64,000 nt of DNA from Epiperipatus broadwayi (Eukaryota > Animalia > Onychophora), in the NCBI GenBank assembly GCA_028023455.1, contig JAQFVV010000010.1:13888001-13952000 (forward strand), given 5' to 3'. The notes under the pieces are model-generated. The model was given only the letters and a program-made list of their open reading frames with translations. It did not search any database and was not told the DNA's origin. A program made the translations under genes and the position numbers. Of this stretch, positions 40,251 to 53,493 are shown piece after piece. Each line of letters starts with the position of its first letter. Within the stretch, counting starts at the first letter, position 1.

Positions 40251-42440
40251 TGCCCAATTGTTGTGTGGTTAAAATCAATAGAACAATATACAATAATTTT
40301 AAAATTAAGAATGAATTGCAGAAACAGCTTTTGGCGCATATAACATATGGATGTAGAGATGCTTTCAAAAAGCAAACAATCAGATGGAATAAAATGACTG
40401 CGAACTACTTAATCCCCCAGTGGATGCAAGATAAACTGCATAAAATTGAGAGATTTCATACAGCAAAATTTGAAAATAAAATACATTTTTTGCTTATCAA
40501 GCAAAACAAATATCGCCATAGGATTAATACAGACGCGTTCGTTAACAAAACTTCAATTACACCACCATATGAAATCAAGAAAATTTTATCCTTCGGACCG
40601 AAATATGTAGGAGGAAGTTGGAGATCTCCTAAACTCGAACTAATAGCAGACATCGAAGCGAGTCTCATTAACAATATACAAAGAGATGCTATCATCACCG
40701 ATATATCTAAACTATTAAATAACAATTTGGTTGATAAAGAAGGAGAAGCATGGAATAAAAGTATATTAAATACCAAACAATATTTCAAAACACACAATAT
40801 TACTTGTCTCAAAGAAGACAAAGGCAATCGTTTTGTTTTGCTAAATAACACAGACTATAAAAATAAAATGTACGACCAAATTAAAATATTAAAGTTGGTG
40901 CATGATAACTCTTTTAATATTAAACTAGATCGAGATAAATTTATTAACAATGTGCTTCGGACTTTCAAGGATAAAGGGATTACTAAATTCGAATATTACA
41001 GGATTTACCCTTCTGCCACTAGACCCCCCCCCCCCGAATGTTTGCCAATTTAAAACTACATAAAACAGGCGAACCACTTAGATTGATGATGGATTTCGGT
41101 GGTGTGCATTATTTTGAAGCAGCCAAATTAATCAATCAATTACTTATAGATTACCTTAATTTTGGCTCATACACGATAAACTCATCTCTCCAATTCATCT
41201 CCAAAATCAAAAATACTCAAATCTCTCAGACTTCAATTATGGCTACAATGGATGTGAAGGAACTATACGGATCAATTAATTGAAAAGCATCTATCCAAAT
41301 AGTACACGAAGAGCTACTGCGAGCACATTGCCCTAGTGAAAGAGTTAAAATCATTATTGCTTTCCTGTCATGGCTTGATTCACATATATTTACACTCTTT
41401 GAAAACAAGTGGTACACAATACAAGATGGATGGCCCATGGGCCTTCCTATCAGTGGTGTTTTATCTAGCATATATTTAAATAAATACGAGCTATCGATCC
41501 TTCCAAAATATCACAATATCAACCAAGACTTTACATATATTCGTTATGCAGACGATATCTTTATCATAACCTCTAAAGATAATACTTTAAATATACTACG
41601 TGATTTACAAACTTAACCAAACTTTCATTCACCATCACATATGAAAATAATAAAGAACTTAAATATCTCAACCTCTCTTTATCGAGAAATCGCCACTTAA
41701 TAGATTACAAAATGATTGTTAAACCATTTGAAATTCGCAGCTGTATCCACCCTAACTCTAACTCACCTGCATCGCATAAATTTGCTGGCCTTAATGCATT
41801 TTTGTTTAGAAACTTTTATTTATGTAAATATGAAGCAGACAGGAAAGAAAACATAAACAACTATATTAAAGATCTATTAGCAGCAGGGTTCAAATTCAAA
41901 GCTATTAAAAATAAAATCATAAAATTTAATAATACAATAAACAATAATGTACCTCGCACCAATCTACCTAGAATAACAATCCCCTACATTCCTAAAATAT
42001 CTAACAAACTAATGAAAGCATTAAACGATAAATTTAACATAGCAGTTAGAACTCCACCTAATTCTAATAGATTGCTTAACAACTCTAAAGACCACATTGA
42101 TCGATCGTTCACCCCACACGTGGTGTACTCTATTGCCTGCCCTCAGGCTGGATGCCATGCTATATATTATGGTGAAACGAAAGCTACAATCAATACTAGA
42201 CTGGGTCAACATATTTACACATTTAACAGAGCTCAGAAAAACAGCAACACGTCCTCTGTATTCTTGGAGCATGCTAAACAATCTGGACACAACTTCACAC
42301 CCGCCAATCCCATAATATTGTGCTCAGAATCAAATGATCACAAAAGAAAAATAAAGGAGGCATTTTACATCAATGGAAACATCCATGCCATTAATAGAAA
42401 GGATACTTGCTTCAAGATCTCGAAGAAATGGGCTACGTAA
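40251..42440 (+). pseudogene. Disrupted second copy of the PLE ORF
   Basis: Same protein broken by a C12 versus C13 homopolymer (~41030), a CGA>TGA stop at 41281 and a 1-bp deletion near 41610; YADD instead of YVDD. Confidence 0.9.
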
Positions 42441-42493
42441 TACTAGCTTATTTGAATATTTGTATTTGCATATTTTATTATACATTTTATGAA

Positions 42494-42534
42494 GGCTATG
42501 AATATGAGGCATGGATCCTCGAAAACGTTAAGCC
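42494..42534 (+). ncRNA. Hammerhead-like motif with A3-U8 core variant in the PLE 3' end
   Basis: GGCT ATGAATA t GAGG catggat CCTC GAAA ACGTT A AGCC; mirror copy at 37947-37987 (-) has G5>A. Confidence 0.65.
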
Positions 42535-44244
42535 AATAAACTTTAATACTAATTAATATCTTCTCTAAGTAACAATTATATATTTTACATATAGTGAGAA
42601 GTAAAGCTATATTTATCATTATATAATACATATTTTCTAAATGACTGGATGAAATGAGTCTCATAAGTTCATATAACTAATTGTTGTGCTTTGGCAGTTT
42701 CTATTGCAGTTACCATGAATGAAACTGCTGATGATAGTTTTGTTTCCAATGCAAAAAATATGGGATGAGACAAATTACTTTGTTACTCATTATGAATTCT
42801 TTGAATTATACATTCAATGTCACCTAATCTCTTTAAAATGTTGCTATCATCGTTAATTACATTAAATTCAGGAATATGATTTTAATTCTGTGTCTGTTAT
42901 GTAAGGCATGAAAATTGCTTGTCAAATTATCATCCTTCTTGCTATAGAAAGCAAATTCCTTTTGTACACAAAGAATTCCTCCAAAAATTAAATCAATAAA
43001 CAATGTCTTAATATCTGATAGTTTTTGTTACACCAATGTTCTATGTCAAGCTTTAAATCAGCATAAACACAATCCATGTGACAGTGAATTGTTTGTTGTC
43101 CCAAATTTTGCTATCTTCAGCTTTTTTTGTCTTGTGTCATATTCTATTACTTCTTTTTCAATCCCTATACTTTGATCTGAGTGTTTTATAATATGACCTC
43201 CTTCATCTTCCATCTTTTTCTCTGATTTTCTCCATTTTTTTGTTTGAATTTTTTCAATTAGATCTTTGATTTTTGTAAGGTCTACCAATTGTTTTCATTG
43301 ATACACTTTATTGCTGGTCCTACATTTCCTTAATTTGTTTTAACATCTGTTCATGCTTCTTGCTGGAATATTCCTTTACTTGTGTTTGGCTTTTTGCAAA
43401 TCTTCTTTTATTTGTCTTTGGTTGTGTGCCAAATCTTCTTTCATTTGTTTTATCATTTGTCTCATATTTTGTTCTCTATAAATATAGCAAACAGGTATGT
43501 TTGTTTTTATCTGACTCCTCCTTTTCTTTTTTAAACATTTCTATCAGGGCTGCCTGTTTGCCATACACTATTTTACTTGGCATTTTGAAAGTAATTATAG
43601 GACTTTGTTCTTCATCTGATTTGTCCACTGGCTCTGGACTTTCATTCTCATGAATCATCATGTCAAATTCTCTCCTTTCATCTTCAATACTATTATTCAT
43701 TTTATTTTTTAATTTTATTTTCAATTAATTAGCTGCCTTTCCAATAAACCATTCAGCAAATCAGTATCTATAGATTTCCTTTTAAAATGATCCATCTATC
43801 TTTAGTATTTACATTAAAACTGGCCAACAGCAACAAAACAAACTCTTACTTCTGTGCCAATATATAACAATGGAATTATTAAGAATATATATATATTGTA
43901 ATGGTAAGACTAGCATAGTCCACAATTTTACATTTTCTCTATTTACATAAATTACATGGGCACCACCTGGCTTTAAGCATGAGAAAATAAACAAACACAT
44001 GTGTATCTAAAACAATATTTTATTCAATATAATAATGTAACCATTACATGGTCCTATTTGTAATGCCAGGTTAAATCATGGTGAACATAAGTTACACCTG
44101 ATGAATGATGGTAGACCAAGCAATCTTACATAAACAAAGTAACAAATCATGCAATAATAATTTATTTACGAGTGTATTTATTAATTGAGGCACAATTTAT
44201 TTTCTTTAATAAAATTACCAAATCATATAATAATAATTTATTTG

Positions 44245-44474
44245 TTAAAACAGGCAAAACTCACTATATGTATTGCCACACACAGCAAGCTAGAGTAATC
44301 AATGGATGCCAGAAGGCTTGTGCATAAAATCCCCATCCATCCAATATCCCCAGACTAGTTTCTATCTTGTGGCCTTCATCGGTGTGTGTGGAAATACGTA
44401 TAGTGAGTTTTGCCTGTTTTAACAACAATTACACACAAGCATAAGAAATGGTGGTCATGTGATGTTTATTGGTT
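44245..44474. mobile_element. Family A head-to-head insertion (locus A3)
   Basis: Minus arm 44245-~44385 ends inside the HHR (44347-44386); plus arm runs to 44474; exact 14-bp TSD taataatttatttg at 44231-44244 and 44475-44488. Confidence 0.9.
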
Positions 44475-46844
44475 TAATAATTTATTTGCAAAGTATAATC
44501 ATTAATTGATATGCAATTTACTTATTTTAATAAAATCCTTTAATTTTTATACGTCATAGCATCAATATATTTATAGAAAATATCACATTCACCATTTTTT
44601 ATCCTGTCTTCAATAAACTTAAATATAATTCTATGCATGTGTGAATTCATAAATGTAACATTTCTTCGACTTGCATGCTCCCTAATATTTATATATACAT
44701 ATGATCTATATAGGATAGACATTAACACTACCTTTATTACAATAATCATAAGGAATGGCTTTTTTAGGTACTATTCCTAAACATAACCACTTATATAATA
44801 ACTATAAAGAGATGGTCTTTTATTCCGAACTCTAACCGAATAAACCTTCTATACCATAATTATAAATAGTGGCCTTTTTGGTCCTAAACCTAATTTAATA
44901 CAACTACAATTTATATAGGGATGATTCATTCTGAGATTGATCCCTAACTCATCAAACTGATAGGAATGTATTTTCCCCTACGGATGTGAACATAAGTAAA
45001 CTATTAAACATTGAACAAACAATTGCATATAAAATCCAATTTCAGTAATCAAATATGAGTTTAACTATGATTGAATGAGACTAATGGAGATAATTACATC
45101 GTTAATTATGGTTGTTTGTGACTTAAACAATTTATATGACTACATTAAATTTACATAATTATCATTATTTCTTTATCTTTTCCTTTTATTAATAACTTAC
45201 ATATAATTCATAAACTTAGCGTATGTGTGTGATATATAATAATTTTTTTTTCTTTTAAAAAAATAAATTTATCATGTGAAGAGAAGTTTTTAGAAATTCA
45301 TTTTTTATTTTTTTACTGATAGTTTCTTTTACATACATTTGAATAACAAGCATTATTTACAAATTCCAATTATTTAAAACAAAATAATTGTCATTTACTT
45401 CCATTTATGGTGAAATTTAATACAGTCTTGCAATTTCTGTCTTTTAAATAAGTTCCAATTCTTCATTTTAGCCGGAGTTATTCAAAATATGATTCAAAAG
45501 TGTTATTAGATTAGATTTATCTATCTGTTAATGATGTTCCTTTTTTATTCACAAGGCATATCTATCATGGGATTTAAATAAAGTAGTATTCCCTTCTGAT
45601 CCAAAAGAATAAAACTGATTCCTATCAAAACTTAGTTTTCTCTCCTGGATCTTGTTTTAGTTCTCTTTTTAATAAAATCAAATTTACATATCATATCATT
45701 TGTTAGGAGAAAAATTTTTTTTTTGTTATTGAAATGAATAATGGTTGTTCATTTCAATATATAATTTATAATCTTTGTAATCATGGATTTAACAATATCA
45801 AGTTATGTTTCAGAGTTTAAATGGTAATAAAAGAAAATTATTTAGTAGGTAAAATTAAATTATCTCATAGGTAGGTGGCTATTAATAGCACCTCACATTG
45901 GGTACCAAATTTTAAAAAAACTTACGTATTCGTCAAAATATACAGCCTGCAAATCTTACTTTCATGAATACCTTTCTCTGCTACAAATACAACTGTGTCC
46001 CTCGTTTTCTTTTTTTTATCACTTAGATCAGCATGATACACATGATTTTAATTAAATAACAAAACATAAATACTATAATTAGTTCAAAACAGATAAATAA
46101 AACTTATATGCAAATAAAACAATGGAGCTTTATTAGTGGGAAATTTATATACAAATTCACATAACAAGGGTATGTTGGAATTAATTTTTTTTTTTATCAA
46201 CTCTTAGATTAACAGTGAATGAATTAAGGATTTAAATATAACCTCTTGATGATTTGTTAGTTCATAGTCTTTTATGAACTCAACAATTGTTGATAGTTTA
46301 ATTAGGTTTAAATATAAAAGCTTGATCAATTTATTATCTATAATAACTCATTTAATGATTACAAAATAGACTAATTAATTATCAGCTCATAATTATTTGA
46401 TGAATATTTCAAGTTAATGTTTTATATATTTTTATTATTAGTTATAATATTAGACTGATATAGTTTATTGCCAATTATTGCTTCTTATCTTACATCATGC
46501 TTAAAGTTTAAAGGGAGATGACTATTGTAAGCAACATGTGACTCAAACAATAGACAAATATGATACGCTACTCTCATACCATATAATTATTCATGGATGA
46601 ATAATACAACTGCTAACTAGGAATAGCATTATAAAATAAACTTTAGATCTCAATACTAGCCAGTTTTAAATCACTTATATCATATAATCAACTTTACCTT
46701 CAAAACAAGCAAAAATACATCATCAATAGGTTTAAAATACTTTACACTAACATGTTATTTTAATATTGACACACTCTCTGAACAGTAATGCCATCTAGTG
46801 AAAGCCATAATAATCGATGAATGCAAGATTTGTCAAAATCTGTA

Positions 46845-47880
46845 TTTAGTGCCTACTTATCCAATATTCCGAGACAACTTTCTAGCATGTGGCTTTCATC
46901 AGTAAGGAGCTCTGGATCTAATGCAATCCTCCAGCAGCCATTGTTTATTTTTTTAATTATCTTTAAATATATGAGCTCAAATTGAAAACATGTTTTTAGT
47001 TCAAGCTCATTCACTCATATAGTCATATAATCTGAAACTAGTCCAGTATCTATACATTTCAATGTCTTTGGTTCTTTAATAATCATAGTCAAATGTGGCT
47101 GCTGGAGGTTTGCCTAAAACTTAAGATCTTGATGCAGTACTCTCAGATCCAAGGCTTCTCACTGATAAAAGTGACAAAGTAAAAACTAATCTGGGGATAT
47201 TGAATGAGTAAGCACTAGATAGGGATTTTATGCACAGATCTTGGATTCATTGATTATTATGTCTTGCACTGGGTGGCACTATTGTATAGAGGAGGGTGAA
47301 CATAGAAAATGGTAATCATGTGATGTTTTGTGGTATAATAACATTCCTGCCCATGAAATGATGGTAACTATGGTTATTAAAGAATCAAAGACACCAATTA
47401 TACAAATGAATAAGTTTAGATTGAAAACATTATCTGTTTTTATTTTGGATTCGTAGCTTTATAGTTAACTAAAAAAATAAAAAGTGGCGGCTGGAGGGTT
47501 GCATTAGATCTATGAATTATGTGCAATGCTCACATATTGAAAGCTTCTTGCTATTGAAAGTCTGGATGGGACTGCTGTATTATACAGTGATTATACAGAA
47601 AGTGGGTTATTGGTTTTTATGCTGGGTTTGGGAAAAGATAAGGTGTATTTAGATATAAAGACCATAGAGTTGATAAAGATTAGGTTGTGGAAATGGGATG
47701 GAGCAGATTATGGTTGGGAATGGAAAGGAATGGTAAAGTGGCTAACAGGTTTCTCTGGGCATAGTTGCTGAGAGATTCCCGACTCCGTATAAGGAGGTCA
47801 CAGTGCCTCACATCACATCACTGTTTTAACAACTTGTGCAAGCATGGGGAATGGTGATCATGTGATGTTTAGTGATTTTA
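46845..47880. mobile_element. Family A older head-to-head cluster (locus A5)
   Basis: Minus arm ~46845-47090 (HHR core CTGATGA...GAAA...GTC at 46867-46908); plus arm longer than one unit from ~47092; unrelated ~280-bp segment at ~47545-47825; no TSD seen. Confidence 0.75.
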
Positions 47881-49679
47881 TTTTAATATTCATAGGATAA
47901 CTTTTCATCAGGCAAATGAATTGAACTTCAATATGGTAAAGGATATAGTAAAAAAATATTTGGGATATTAGTATGATGTCGTAGAAGGAGGAGAATGAAT
48001 ACCAGATAATGATTATTACAAAAGCTGAGCATTATAATATATTAAAATAATAGTTGTATTCTAGTATCCAACTAGACATAAGGGAGAATGATATCTTCAA
48101 GTATATAATCTTATTTTATTGCAGGAAATGTCATCTGCTTTAACCATGATTATTTATATATTAAAAATGACAGCCTAGATCTAATATTACCGAAATCCGG
48201 TATACCATTTTAAAAAGTGCCTTAATTATACATGAAAAGCATTTCTCAGCACACACCAAATCAATGAAACTATTAGACATGAAAAACATTTCTCAGCACA
48301 GATCAAATCAATGATCATGTATATATAAAAGCATGAGTTAATTGAAAAATATTAAATTTTTTAGGAAATCTATTATTAAAACTTAAGGAGTAATTAATAA
48401 ACAAAAAAAAATTATATTTAGGGTAGTATTATACATCCAATAATAACGTCACTTACTCTCTCATTATAAACTTAAACTAGATTGTACCCGCACAGTAAGC
48501 ATTTCTATTGAGAAGTTAAAGCAGTCTTTTAAAAAAAATTAATAAGAAAAATTTATAATAATTTGTTTGGATACATGGTTATTTATTTTATAAAGATAAA
48601 TCACTTAGTATTTATTGTTTGTAACAATACAGATTTATTAGTAGGTAGACAATTTATACTTTAATCGTCAAATGACTAACATACTTATAATATAATGTGT
48701 TTTTGTATTTTCACAGACCCAAGCTATTAGTTATCTTTTTATCCCAATTAAAGAAAATTATATATATATAATCAAAGTAACAAGGTGGTATGAGGTATTT
48801 TAAAAAGAACAAAATAATTGTATAGTTAACATCTAGCCTGAGAAAATAATGTGCTAAATAATTTGAAGATTAAATAGTCAAGATTTCTCATACAACATCA
48901 CACTTTCTTTTAAGTAAAATTCTAAAACTAAAATATTCATATAGCATTAATGATAATAAATATAATGATAATAAAAAAATGAAAACAAAATATGTACTTT
49001 AATTTATAATCATTGTTAAGATAAGATAGAATGTTAAAGAGTCACATAAAATAGCCATTTAAAGTTCGATTGAAATATTCAGATCACCGAAAGTTTATGG
49101 TTTTAAAAGGTCAAATAAATCAACCACTTATGTATTTGTATAGGATCCAGAGTTTAAATAAGAAACAAACATAGCTATGTTTAAGTGTGGTGCTTCCTGT
49201 TTATTCATTTTGAGATATTAGCTTTATTCCTTGCGTTCCTTTATAAAGACAATTTAAGTATTGACATTTATTTGGTGACTTTTTTTTTTGTTAAACCTGT
49301 TCTTCCAGGCACAAAACTTAATTTCATGCATTTGGAAGATTAATACAGGAGTTATATTCGTATATGGCTGTATATATTCACTTTCGAATGATATTACTTT
49401 ATGGATTCAGACAGGCAGACTTTCTGTTGGCGAAATATTATATACAATCTCTCTTGTGAGGATTATAAACTATCATCGGAAGATCAGCTGACTGGGAAGG
49501 ACTGCTCTGTTCTAGACGATGGTTCTTCTGATATCTATGTTGTTAGCTCTATCAAGCAGAGCTTCCGGTAATAAAGTTTTTAGAGAAGAGTCTTAATAAT
49601 GGAATTTCATCAATATTTTTTTTAAAAATTTAGAAACTTTAAGATTATCAACAGACCTGCACAAGAATTTCCCATTAAA

Positions 49680-50490
49680 ATTTACCTTTAATTTGTTGTC
49701 ATATAAGGAAATACTTGAGAACTTATTTAATAGAATTATTATAGCATTTTATAAAAAAATATCTTAGACTTTGGTAAATATCTAGATTACTCTTAATTAG
49801 TTACATTTTTAATTAGTGATTCTTAGTGGCTTAGGTCCTTTTTTTTTCTTTTGTTACAACAAAAAGGGAATATGGTGGCCGAGTGTTTAGCACAGCTGCC
49901 TTACAAGCAGTTGACACCGGTTTCGCTTCCCGGCTGACGCTTTGATATATGAAAAAAAAAAGAGGGAATATTTTATCACAAGGACAAAAAAAAAAAAGAA
50001 ACTTTTTTTTTTTTGCTTAAAACTACTAGTTTTATCAAAGATAAAATTAAAAAAGACGAAAACGAACCCCTAATTGAAATTCCATTAAATTGAATTCCAA
50101 TCAATTAGATAATAAAATACAAGAAAATTCCTTACCTGATACTTTTTAGTCTTTACCAGTTAGATGATGAAATTAAATTCTTTAATTTAAATAAAAAACG
50201 TTTTAAGTCGAATAATGTTTTAGAAAATTGTTTAGATATATAAAAAAATGTTTTACAAAATTTTAAAAAATGATTTAAAAGGAAATTTTTATTTTACATA
50301 TACCACACATATGCTCGCATTAATTGCTCATGTAATGTATACCTGTATTAACACATAACTAATCTCTACTTGAGTCCATGTATGTAACTTATGAAAATGG
50401 CTATATTTAATCTACTAGATACCCATACCCTACAAATTGGTGGTTTTGAAAGGTTTTATTTTCTCCTTGAAGTCATTATATGCCAGTGCA
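49680..50490 (+). repeat. Family E dispersed repeat, paralogous to the sequence flanking the hAT element (~32930-33052 plus 35507-35880)
   Basis: Shared blocks ttcttagtggcttag, gaattccaatcaatt, attaacacataact, ctacaaattggt; single gcttaaaa at 50015-50022. Confidence 0.8.
49874..49963 (+). mobile_element. tRNA-Gly-derived short retroposon with A-tail and TSD
   Basis: ggtggccgagtgtttagcacagctgccttacaagcagttgacaccggtttcgcttcccggctgacgc, then tttgatatatg and an A-run; flanking direct repeat gggaatat (49866-49873, 49964-49971). Confidence 0.75.
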
Positions 50491-50671
50491 TATATATATA
50501 TTGAAATGATCATGTGGCATTGCTATTTCCACATCATCTAAAATATATATATAAAATTAATAATTTCAATTTCTAAAATGAGCTAACATATCATTAATTA
50601 AAACAGAAAAGAAAAACAGTGGTATTATCACAACTTTAACTCATATTATAAAAGTTGCATGGTTCTTACAG

Positions 50672-50869
50672 ATTAGATCTGCTGCCTGTGTTTGTGATGG
50701 CAAAATCCCATACCTTTCTCCAGTCGGGGTTGAGGGTGTTTTGCAATAGCAGAATGCCATATTAAAAAATCACAACTACAGCATTCTTCCGTCCCATCGC
50801 AAACACTCCCTCCCCCTCCACTGGAGAAAGATACAGCCTTTTACCATCGCAAATACAAGCAGATCTAAT
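50672..50869. repeat. Fold-back ~200 bp (MITE-like)
   Basis: attagatctgc...gtttgtgatggcaaaa...ctttctccagt / actggagaaag...ttttaccatcgcaaatac...gcagatctaat. Confidence 0.8.
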
Positions 50870-51344
50870 ACATATATACCCATACAATCAGTCAAAAAAG
50901 AAAATCATGCACAAATGTATTTTTTTGTGTGCGAGTTTTAAAGATAAAATCAACATCATTTAACACATTTTAGTAAAAGAAATTAAAAAAATAAAATAGT
51001 TTATTTTAAAAAATGAAAAATTATTTTAAATAAATCATAAATAGGATAGATACATTTGTAATTTAGTGTAATTATATAAGTACTAATTTAAGTTTAACTC
51101 AAGTGTGAATGCGTAAATTATAATTCTAGAATCTTTGTGTGAGATGTAAAAAATACAAGAATTAATTGACCAAACAATTCAAGCAGACTCGGGTTAGAGA
51201 AGATTATATCATATTAGGAGATCAGCAAATTAACGTATTATTACCAGATATTTAAAAATATAATTAAAGTTTGAGAATTCACAATTCAGCTACGCATAAG
51301 AGTATCATCTAGCATGGCATCTGGTAATCATTGATTACTTAAGC

Positions 51345-51834
51345 CAGGGGTGGGCAATTGTTTTGGCTCAAGGGCCACAGAGATTGGTGGAGGGCCGCAT
51401 CGGGGGCCACTTTGTAAAAGCGAAGGTTAGCGGAGGGCCGCACCTTTTTTATGATGCAATAAACACACTGCTTTATTCATTGTATTACCAAAGAAATATT
51501 TGTTTGTCCATTCTTCATTAAACACATGACATTCATCAGCGATTTTTTTGGAGGGTTCATGGTTTCACTAAAGTTGGAAATGTATATATTTGCTAATGCA
51601 AAGACAAAATTGAAATTAACTAGATCAACTGGAAAAGAAAGCCCTGCACATAGTATCTACACTGTGCATGTGCATTGATGTGGCCATCTTAGTGGAAAAT
51701 AATAGATGAATCTTCGGTCGTGCACAGGAAGGAAATCTCAGTTCAAGATGTATTTTTCTGATTGTCTTGGAAGGCCGCATAGAAACTCTTAGAGGGTCGC
51801 ATGTGACCCTTGGGCCGCTATTTGGCCACCCCTG
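51345..51834. mobile_element. hAT-type MITE (490 bp)
   Basis: TIR caggggtgggcaa / ttggccacccctg; 8-bp TSD acttaagc (51337-51344, 51835-51842); subterminal gggccgc repeats. Confidence 0.92.
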
Positions 51835-52603
51835 ACTTAAGCTGTTGATAGATGACACTGAAATGGGGAGCTTTGCTTTAGGATGGATATATCATTGAAT
51901 GTAACTGTCTGAATTTTTGTATATTATTTAAATTCATGTGATTTTTTTCAAATTCATAGATTGCTTTCAGTTCTCAAATGAAATAAACACTTTTATATTC
52001 GGGTGAATTTATTCTTAAGGTGGATTAACGGTAATAATATATAATGAAAATTTATAATACTATTTTACTCATAATGTTTTGGGGTAGTAACAAATAGAAT
52101 GTCTACTACATTTCTTCACTTATGTCTAATACTCAGAGTTCATTAATACTTGTACTTTGTTACAATTATCAGTAGTTTATTTTAAGCGATGTTTTCTATG
52201 TACTCTTTTCTCCACCTTTCCAAGAGAAGTCATTAACTATCAGCAGTCCTCTGTTTTTTTTTGACTGCCACTGCTGTGAAGACTCTCCTATCCTTTGAGA
52301 GAGATTTATTTTACAACTCATTTGCATAACAAATATTCATACTTTTAATATATTTTTCAAGAGTCTATTATTTCAAGGAGGAAAATGTCTTAACTGCCGG
52401 CACTAATTACACAATCAAAATAATACTTTATTTACAATATTTACAATAACATCAGTGCTGATCGGTGCATGATCATAGTCAGAAAATAACTTTATCACTG
52501 TTGCAGTTTTGATTTAGCAATCATTCTTTTAGCTATTCAATTGCTTCATTGCTTAAAAAGATTGCCATTCATTTTATTATTTGGTTAAATAGAGGGAGTG
52601 ATG

Positions 52604-52918
<315 letters not shown>

Positions 52919-53493
52919 AATCATAAATACATAATCATTATCAGAGAAACAATCAGAATTTTTCTTTTTTAGTAATTATAACAAAAGACAACTATTCACA
53001 GCATACTTCTTTAAAAAATTATCGTGCTTAATAAGTAATATGACCAGCTTAAAGGCAAAATCAGCGATTTTAACATTTAACAGCTAATAAAACTAGTGAG
53101 AATAGTAGTTGCATCTAAAAAAAATCAACATAAAATTTTCTATAAATATATTTGGAATAAAGCTTACCTTTTTAAAAAAATGCCAGTATCATTTTAACTA
53201 TGGAACATACTGAGCTATAATTTGGACCAAAATCAAACAGATCATCTACTTACATGAATTGATAAAAAAAGAGTAAACATATTAATCCTATTGTTGGTTG
53301 ATAAAAAAATGCAGCCAATTATTATATATGACAAAAACAGCATTGCAAACATTTTTTTTTCAAATAATCTTATTTTCTTATAGTTTCAACAGCAGTGGTC
53401 TTTCTAAGAGTTGCAAAATATTAAAATGTATATGACAGCATAGAAATGAAATATTTTCTACAATTATATCTAAATATATGATTTTTATTTTTA

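Larger units (their letters stand above)
37899..42582. mobile_element. Penelope-like element as a head-to-head inverted duplication (arms 37899-40229 and 40251-42582, 21-nt spacer)
   Basis: Arms are reverse complements throughout with scattered differences; both encode RT plus GIY-YIG and end ~50 nt past an HHR-like motif. Confidence 0.95.

Noticed and set aside
40231-40368. N-terminal 46 aa of the 775-aa minus-strand ORF
   Set aside because: Mostly antisense of the right palindrome arm plus the spacer; not part of the real PLE protein
38166-42512. Short ORFs overlapping the PLE arms (e.g. 38191, 39008, 39629, 40456, 42021)
   Set aside because: Antisense or alternate-frame shadows of the PLE ORF, duplicated by the palindrome
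43058-43724. Minus-strand charged, coiled-coil-like ORF pieces
   Set aside because: Possibly a decayed retroelement ORF1/gag, but no diagnostic motif and broken by stops
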